Positions 43,473 to 51,104 of a stretch of 51,104 bases of DNA are shown one piece after another. A program made the translations under genes and the position numbers. This DNA is from Piedraia hortae CBS 480.64 (lineage: Eukaryota). Location: NCBI GenBank assembly GCA_010093745.1, contig MU005959.1, positions 62,001-113,104 of the forward strand, written 5' to 3'. The notes under the pieces were generated by a model that did not search any database, was not told the DNA's origin, and worked only from the letters and a program-made list of their open reading frames with translations. Position 1 is the stretch's first letter; every line of letters begins with the position of its first letter.

Positions 43473-45001
43473 AAGGCCGTGTTCGCCCTCCCGGCTGCAG
43501 GTGAAGTGGAGTCTAATACCCACCGACTTATATAAGTTTTGGGCAGTCCTAAACCACAGCACCTTGAGGCCTTTTTGCTTTGCCTCCTTTTCCAAGGAGA
43601 TGGTTGCTTGTGGGACCTATCTTGCGGGCCCCTTCTTTGGCTAGCGTGTGGGCCTCCTCGTCCTCTCAGAAGTCATCTCGTTCGCGAATACAGTGTGTTT
43701 CCAAGGGAAATGGGCCTTATAGACTTGCTTGCTAGAGTCCCGCAATGGCTAGTATATTGCGCCTTAAAATTAAGTAGAAATGCTGTTATACTTTCTCCCC
43801 CTTCCACACATATTCGTGGTGGATGCTGCTGACACGTGGCTCTCCCACTGCTGCTCGCGGAAGGCCTCAAGCTATCGCAGTCAACGAGATAGAATCGGCG
43901 GCTTCACGCCAAGAGAATCTGATTGGAAGAAGCTGACATATAAAAAAGGTGGGAGTGCGGAGCAAAACAGTGAAGATTGTGAGCTGCAGCACAATTGATT
44001 ACATCCGGCCGATTCATTTTCTTGGCACACTTTCTTGGCTTGTATATTACACATTTTGATGGAATTAAAAAGCTTGGCAAAATTCTCTTGATTGTTTACT
44101 GTGAGGTCTTTTTGACGTGCTACTTGTACTGTGGGTTTCAGCCACGAGGGCTTTTGACAGAATTATGATTCCGCTTGAAAAAGTTTTCTCGTCGGAAGAA
44201 CCCATCTAATTGAAAGGATTGTATCTGTGCAAAGTTTGTAATGTCTCTACGTACACTGCTTGTTCATTTGTAAGCTTGATGTGATTTAGCATCGCGTGCA
44301 ATGCAAAGATTTATCTGAAAGACTGCTATTCCTGCAAAGGGTGTAAACCTAGCGAGCTCTTCGCTACACAAAGTCTTCTCCTTTCTGGAAGTAAAATCTC
44401 AACCCTCATTTTCGACAGCCTCGCGCTTGATGGGCGCGAAAGATTGCTAAGTAACTGAAAACGAACCCCTAGTTATATGAAGACAGCCAGATGGAAACGC
44501 TATATTGTGCGGTCATAGTCTTTGGGTTTTTACGCAGCTCGTTTCAGCACAAAAGATCATCTAGCTATCAGTTGAAATGGAACCGGGAGATACGTGCAGA
44601 GAAACTGTTGGTGGGTTTATCTCTAATGCGGGGTTGCCACTATGTCCAAAAAACCATGGTGGGGTAAAGTCTACCTAGCCCCACATCTGCGTGTCAGCAG
44701 AGTTCTTATGACGGCACATTCAACACCAGACGGTTGCTTTTCAGTCTAGTGTTGCCCAAACTGCACCTCTGGGTCAAGATTTTTCTTGACGCCATGGGCG
44801 AAGCGGTAAGAACTTCTCCTACAGGCGCGTACTTATAGATTAGGTAAAATTGTCTGCGGGATATGCAGCCAGACGCGCTAAGACTTTACTGGAGCCAAGC
44901 ACGGGCGTTGATGCCTGAGCTTTCTTCCCTCATTCATTTCTGGCTTCATCATTCTTTTCCTTTAAAACTTACGTTCCCCCAGCAGACGTCTCTCAAGCAT
45001 C

Positions 45002-46522
45002 ATGTGGAACCTTCGGCATATCGATGACAGCCCCGCTGTCCCTTCTCGTGTGCGCCCTGGTGATGCGTTGATTGGTACCTTTGAAGATGTCCCGTTGGGT
45101 CTGCGCACTAGGAATCTATTGATTGGTAGCACCCCCGAGCTCCCATTTAGTATGCGGCCCTGCAATCCGGATTATCGTCGCCGCGGCGCCGAAATCCTTG
45201 AAGCCAGATATTTTGAAGTTTTTGAACCGCACTCCGAGGAGGTTTCCCGCACCGGAGAAACCGGATCTATGCGTACTCTTGGCCACCATTTCAACCACTT
45301 GAACATTGGATCGCATCCCGAGCCTCGCACTGGAGGGAGCGGCTCTATGCACCCCATTGGCAATCCTTTCGATCTCCATCGGTTTGACTCGCCTTATTTT
45401 GGCCCTTCTTTTGCTGAAGCCTTTGGACCGACGGACCAATACTACGGAGAGGACAGCATGTATGATTATCGCGGCCTTGCGCCCATATATGAAGTCCAGT
45501 CCAACAAGTTGCAGTCGAATACAGCTCCGCAGGATATTCGCTACGGCGTTGCTGGTGTCAGAGTTTCAGGTGCAATATGCGCTCGACTCAACTCAATCTC
45601 AATGGGAGCGTTTTCCCTTGACGTCCAGTCTCCAACTGCAAATGATCGCGCTGAGCGCTCGGCCATTCAGCCCATTCATATGAATCGCCCTGCCGGTAGT
45701 AATGCGTCAATTCTAACCGGAGAAGCCACCTCGGAACGCATTATGAATCTTGTCGGCGATGATTCACCGACTTCCAATCGCAATAAACAAGAACACTCTG
45801 CCGAGCCTGTGTCTACCCAGATGACTCCTCCCAGCCGTCAGAGAGCTCACGGAGCGGCCGCTCGTAACAGCGAGAACAATGAACCGCGCACTCCCGCACG
45901 CGATCTCGACAATACCTCTCCCACGACAGAACGGAAGATCAACGTTGATCGTATCATTGATGGAGTTGATGTCCGCACTACAATTATGATGCGCAACATC
46001 CCGACTACTATGACCAGCGAAGGACTCAAGAGACTGCTTGATGAGACTTCTCCGGGTCGTTTTGATTTTTCTTACCTTCGAGTTGATTTCTCGACAGGTA
46101 TCAACGTCGGTTATGCCTTCGTCAACTTTATCTCCGCCAACGACGTTGCCGCGTTCGCACTGACCTGGGAGAACAGGCGCTGGGTGCCCACTGCGACGCA
46201 TTATTCAAGCTTGGCCTACGCGACTATCCAGGGATTGGACGCGTTGATCGATAAATTCCGCAACTCTGCTGTCATGACGGAGGCTTCTGCTTTCCGCCCC
46301 AAGTTGTGGTATACCGAGGAAAATGCGCCGACTGCCAACTTAGTGGGACACGAAATGCCATTCCCCGGCCCGAACAATGCAATGCAGCATCGCCGTTCGA
46401 TCGAGCAGGCCCAGCGTGTCGGTCTGTCTCCGTTCCGTAGGGTTAACACCAGCAATCGTCGCCAGTCAACTGCAATTGCGGCTACTCCGGGACATGCTCT
46501 TAATGATGACGTGTTCGGCTAA
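45002..46522 (+). CDS. Mei2-like RNA-binding protein (C-terminal RRM3)
   Basis: INVDRIIDGVDVRTTIMMRNIP...GRFDFSYLRVDFSTGINVGYAFVNF...AYATIQGLDALIDKFRNSAVM...FRPKLWYT...EMPFPGPNN. N-terminus is divergent; upstream exons are possible (acceptor-like CCCCCAG at about 44982). Confidence 0.85.
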   Translation: MWNLRHIDDSPAVPSRVRPGDALIGTFEDVPLGLRTRNLLIGSTPELPFSMRPCNPDYRRRGAEILEARYFEVFEPHSEEVSRTGETGSMRTLGHHFNHLNIGSHPEPRTGGSGSMHPIGNPFDLHRFDSPYFGPSFAEAFGPTDQYYGEDSMYDYRGLAPIYEVQSNKLQSNTAPQDIRYGVAGVRVSGAICARLNSISMGAFSLDVQSPTANDRAERSAIQPIHMNRPAGSNASILTGEATSERIMNLVGDDSPTSNRNKQEHSAEPVSTQMTPPSRQRAHGAAARNSENNEPRTPARDLDNTSPTTERKINVDRIIDGVDVRTTIMMRNIPTTMTSEGLKRLLDETSPGRFDFSYLRVDFSTGINVGYAFVNFISANDVAAFALTWENRRWVPTATHYSSLAYATIQGLDALIDKFRNSAVMTEASAFRPKLWYTEENAPTANLVGHEMPFPGPNNAMQHRRSIEQAQRVGLSPFRRVNTSNRRQSTAIAATPGHALNDDVFG

Positions 46523-47550
46523 GATATGTAGACTTTGCTCGCATAGCTAGATATATAACCAGGCTGAATGCATACAAAAGATCCTCATCTCTTCGTTCGC
46601 TCTACACCATGTAGACTAAACAAGGATTAATTCGATGCTGCATTGACATATCCTATGTTTTCGAGCTATCATCTGAACTATGTCCGCAGCATTGGTCAGC
46701 AATGACGCTAATGAAACCTCCGCACGAACCACCGCCAAGTTACCGAATTTCAACCGACAAGAAAATATTCTTGCCCAAAAATCTCCACAACCCACCCACA
46801 ACCATGCACCTAGCAGCTCTACTGAGAGACGGCTGCAAATACGAAAGGCCAGCAGCTAATCCTGCCGCTCTGACGAGCACGGATGGCTTGAATATTACTG
46901 CGCGTCACTCTCTACCCTCTGCTGCGGCGTTGCGGGTCTCGGTGACACGACGCAACATCGTCGGTAGATACTGCACAAAAGTCCAACAACACATTAATAC
47001 CAAATTCGATGAACAGGCTTCGCTACAAATGCGCCATCGCAACAATTGATCAAATTCGACAACGGTCTTACTAAGGCTATCGCGCCACTCTAATCATTTC
47101 CGAGGAATCCTGACAGTGCGCTTGGACGACACTGCCGGCTTACGCTAGGTCGGTCGGCCAAAATTTACAGTCCGCGAAGAGGCTATTCACTCTGCCCCAC
47201 CTCCACATCTCTCGAACCATCACAGCAGGAGAATGAATCCGTTGCTTAGTTTCGACTATACGACGAAGGATGAGTGCATTCGTCAATGAGATTGGCTACC
47301 GGCATATTTATTGCCCGAAGGCTCAGGCAGCCTTGCGTCTCGGGATACGATGATGGGCATTGTTTCAATTAAAAGACTCAGTATCAAGGGGACAGAGCGT
47401 ATCAATTGCAATGGTAAAGGTTCAGGTGCAAACTCTGCAACAAACAAAACAGTGGCATCGATCAAAGAAATTTGTTTGCAGAATCGGAATACAATTCAAA
47501 CTCTGCGAACAAACCACTTCCACCTCATACACATATCGAAATCGCACGGC

Positions 47551-48385
47551 ATGACTTTCTCTACCATCAACTCTTCCGCCATTGCCCCAGGCAACAGCAA
47601 CTCGAACGCGGCCGCCACCAATGGTGCCTCCATTCCCAAAAAGACCGCCAAGCTCGTCAAGGCCACCACCGTCAAGGCAGTGGTCACGCACCCTATCCCG
47701 AGCCTCTTACAGTACCCCAAATGTTCAACCGAGCCCGCCCCCGAGTTACCTGTTGGGCCACCGGAAGCCGCAAGGCTGCCCTGAAGAATGCCATGGGCGA
47801 AACCAAGACTGCCAAGCCGACTGTTCGCTACGTCCACATGCTCTTGATGTGTGGGGCGCAAGCAGAAAAAACGTTCGTCCGCAAAGGCTACGTGAAGCCC
47901 TGCCACAAGCCGCATAACGTCCATTAGTGGATACTGAATGCGGCAGCCGACAAAACCAACGGAGAGGCGCACTTAGCCGCCAATGTCGCTCCACCGCCAA
48001 CTCCCCTGCCAACGCCAGCGGCAAGAGCACTTTTGATGTGGCACACCCCAGTGGTGCCGCCACTCTCGTCAAGCCCACCAAATCCGCAAAGGCCACCATC
48101 GTCAGGCGGTGGTTGCCCGGCCAAATACCTGGCTTCCTCAATTATCCCAAGCGCCCAGCCAAGCCCGCCCGCGAGCCAACTTCCGGGCCATCTGAGGTCG
48201 CGAAGGCTGCTTTGGAAAAGGCAATGGACGAGGCCAAGGCCACAAAGCCCACCCTCCGATACGTGCCCATGGTACTGCCGGGTAGGGATGACCGGCGGAA
48301 GCGCACCTGTGACACCCGTAAGGCTACGTCAAGCCGTGCCACCAGCTGCGCAACGTTCCCCGGTGGAAGCTGGATGCGGCGTTGA
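47551..48385 (+). repeat. Tandem duplication of an about 430-bp coding-like module with frameshifts
   Basis: 47551-47927 aligns with 47982-48385 (CTCGTCAAG, AAGGCCACCA.CGTCA, AAGGCTGC, CG.TACGT, GGCTACGT.AAGCC.TGCCAC); shared peptides YPK....PA.E...GP.E.A KAAL..AM.E.K..KPT.RYV. Confidence 0.75.
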
Positions 48386-49261
48386 ATGAGCAAGGCGCAG
48401 CATCGCCAGGGCCGCACCGAGCACCATCGCCGGTAGCGGCTTTTTAAAGTCGTTGCCTGACTACTCCAGCCGAAGCGCCATCATCTGCATGTCAAACCAA
48501 GAAGACCTGGAGGCGATCCGGGACTTGGAGGCTAGGCACGCCTTGAAGATGGTGGTGGAGTCGGAGACATTTGTGTCCTGCCACCAGAGTCAGCTTCTTC
48601 TGATTCTCCCGATCCTCCCTGCACCGTCATGAAAGCCCTCCATTTCCTCCGCCATGCCTGCCGCCGCTTCCGCTCCGCCCCGGCACCGTCAAATCAGCCG
48701 CCGCACAGCCAACCTTCCAATACCTCTGCAGCGACGTGTCGATTCCATACAACATTCTTCTCGATACAACATCGGCATCATTCGAATGTAAGAAGCTCTG
48801 TCCTGCATCTTTCAGTCTAACAATCAAGCAGTAAAGATGTTAAGTTTCCTGGCAGTTTTTTTCCTTTGTGTACAATGGCTCGTCGGAGACAGGCCCTCGT
48901 AATCCGAGTCTGAAGACAACAAGGATGAGCGCCGCGAACGGTAACAATACCTTTCAAGTCGACAATCAGCTGGCTAATACCATTCGCAGGCATCGTTCTC
49001 GTGAGCACGAACAGTAATATCGTTATCGTTAGTCGATAATCGCCGGTAAGTTGCGTTCACCCACTCAAAGCATGGTCTGACTTCCACGAATAGCTTAATC
49101 GCACCACGGGCTATGTTATTATCCGATAGGATAGGCCGTCGGGCTAACGTGTGTGGCATTGTTGTGCCAGGTAAAACTTGTCCGAGTTATGTGAGATAGT
49201 AAACCCTCTCATGTAGTATACACCCAGGTCTCAGCTGCGAGCTTAGATAGAGGTCGATACT

Positions 49262-49303
49262 TCTCAGGGTTTTTACCTCCATAGGAGGTGGTTTTTCCTG
49301 GGA
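49262..49303 (+). repeat. ENE-like motif in a degenerate dispersed repeat (homologous to 4776-4855)
   Basis: TCTCAGGG-TTTTT-ACCTCC-ATA-GGAGGT-GG-TTTT-TCCTGGGA. Confidence 0.7.
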
Positions 49304-50800
49304 CGAGGCACGGTGCCGTTCATGTTCTGTGCGATTTGATTTGATTTGATACGATTTACGTCTATATATAATCCCTAAAGAGGGCGAAAGACGGCAGGGG
49401 CATTCCCTCGCGCGTAGGAAATCGAACGCCTACGCATTCCCACAACAAACTACATTTAGCCGACCGGCTCTTTTACAGCCTCAGCCAGTCCGCGAACATT
49501 TTCGGGCGCCGTCTGAATCCCTTTGGGGCAGATCCCGGCGAAGAAGCGGGTGTACTCCAGGAATTTTTTAAGGCTACGGCACCTTCAGCAGTGCCGAGAA
49601 CTCAAGGAATGCCCTTCAAATTGGCGTACTCAAGGGTGTCAGATCTCTTGCGGCCAATGCCGCCATGCTCTGTGCATGATCGGCAACGTGGTCTCGGTGA
49701 ATGCCGCTAGACTAGGATTCGCGTGAGGTGCCGCTGCTTATTAGAACAGTAACAATTAATACATGGCAATCCGTAGCATTACCCACCCAGCAATCAACAA
49801 TGTCCCTCCCCCCAAAAAAACGTCGGCCCTCAATGCCTCCCAAAAAACGCAACCCCCCTCAAACGAAAATTCACACCCCTTCACTCCTTCCGCCTTCCCC
49901 AGCTGGATCGAACTGGAATTCGAACCCGTCTTCTTGACCGTGATGAGTTGAAGAGGGAGGAAAGGGAAGAGATGATCAAAGTGAGGAATCGGAGACACGA
50001 TTTTGAGGGGTTCATAAGGACTTGGTTACGTGTCCTGGCGGAGAATGGAACGTTGGGGGAGTTGGTTAGGTGGCGTTAGGCGGGGCAGAGTGGATAAACG
50101 CTGCGACATAGCGGGTGGTGGGGCGGAATGGAAGGGTGCTGAGAAAACAAGGCAGAGATTCTCATGAGTGTGTTGCAGTTAAAGGAAACGAGCTAATAGT
50201 ATATTGTATGTGCTGCATACATAAGGACGTTATACATGGTCATCACGTGACACATCCTTCAACTGTTGCTCATTGCGTCTCGAAGGCCACGAATGAACGG
50301 TGTAAGATGGTACGGTGAGCAATGGGTTGGTCATTTAGAGTGTAAACGTTATCCCCTACACAGAACACCTCAGTACTGTCACCCCAGTACTGTCAGTGTT
50401 TTGAGCAAATATCAGGCGCAGTTTAGAGAATAATGTGATCAAGGTTACGGAGCTACTTGAAAGGCAAGTCTAGACCCGAAGCCATCAGGATGAGCTGAAT
50501 GCCGCGCCTCAATTGTGCTTCCTGCCAACCCCTCCAGTTGGGAATAACTGTAGCTGCGCCCGATTGATCCCGGTCCATAAAGGCGGGGTAGTGTGGAGTA
50601 GGTTCGGGCCGTTTGCTGTCTGAGCTGCTACGATGCATCGACTTTATTAATATCCGCCAATTGGAATGGCTGCGCACTTTACCCGCGCGCGATCGGCGCG
50701 TCGCAGTTCCACCTCATCTGATCCAAACGTGCTGAAGTGCGCGCCTGAGCGAAACCTCGTGGCCTATCATTAAACGCCCAAATCTTAATAGGCACATCGC

Positions 50801-51104
50801 ATGGAAGGATCCGACCAGATAGCTGCAATCGTCGGTACCAAACGGAAGCGCGATGGGGACGCATTATCAGAGTCGGACAGATCCCCGAAACGCTTTGCTA
50901 CAAGTCTTTCGATTCGTTCTTTTGATATAAGCGGTCCGGATGACCCCGTTGCTCATTGGGTTTTAGCATCCAACTGGCCATCCAGCATGGGCGAACCTTC
51001 CAACCCCCGAAAGCGGACTGCAGAGTCTATAACCACAGTCCCGATCAACGAATACAAAAAGGTTATTGTTCAGCTTCCAACGAACGTCCAAAATTTGATG
51101 AAGC
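50801..51104 (+). CDS. Partial ORF running off the window end, hypothetical protein
   Basis: ATG at 50801 with an open frame to the end: MEGSDQ...KRKRD...DDPVAHWVLASNWPSSMGEPSNPRKRT. The DP..HW....WP...M...RKR pattern recalls a dispersed fungal accessory protein family. Confidence 0.45.
   Translation, partial: MEGSDQIAAIVGTKRKRDGDALSESDRSPKRFATSLSIRSFDISGPDDPVAHWVLASNWPSSMGEPSNPRKRTAESITTVPINEYKKVIVQLPTNVQNLMK

Noticed and set aside
49895..49932. GGGTTCGAATTCC B-box-like sequence on the minus strand
   Set aside because: No cloverleaf, acceptor stem or A box can be built around it.

Overview
Genomic DNA of a filamentous ascomycete (Pezizomycotina-type introns with CTRAC branch sites, dispersed 5S rRNA gene, intron-containing tRNAs) with a very compact, intron-poor organisation. 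Bases 1-34.8 kb are mostly housekeeping genes: eIF4G 3' end, YIP1, EMI1, tRNA-Val(AAC), 5S rRNA, SAM50, tRNA-Arg(CCG), Clg1-like cyclin, NPL6/RSC7, GprM-like GPCR, SCH9, NDC80, PEX14, NCB2, 3-ketoacyl-CoA thiolase, MZM1 (apparent GC-AG intron) and ZUO1. This block also holds an amino-acid permease pseudogene split by a solo LTR and a three-copy RTA1 array in graded decay. Bases 35-51 kb are an accessory block: an SRPK-like kinase pseudogene, nested and rearranged LTR fragments, a near-intact Ty1/copia element (38446-43472, minus strand), a Mei2-like RRM gene, a decayed tandem duplication and a partial ORF at the edge. The three most notable observations: (1) five copies, in at least two diverged repeat families, of a stem / U-rich internal loop / stem motif matching the ENE (poly(A) triple-helix) architecture, with compensatory changes; (2) the copia gag and pol are in one frame separated by a single TAA at the gag/protease boundary, followed by a potential stem-loop (readthrough candidate, or a CAA>TAA lesion); (3) mosaic LTRs and a displaced target-site duplication that record an LTR-mediated inversion. 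Gene calls come from recognised motifs and hand-spliced translations; no database searches were run.
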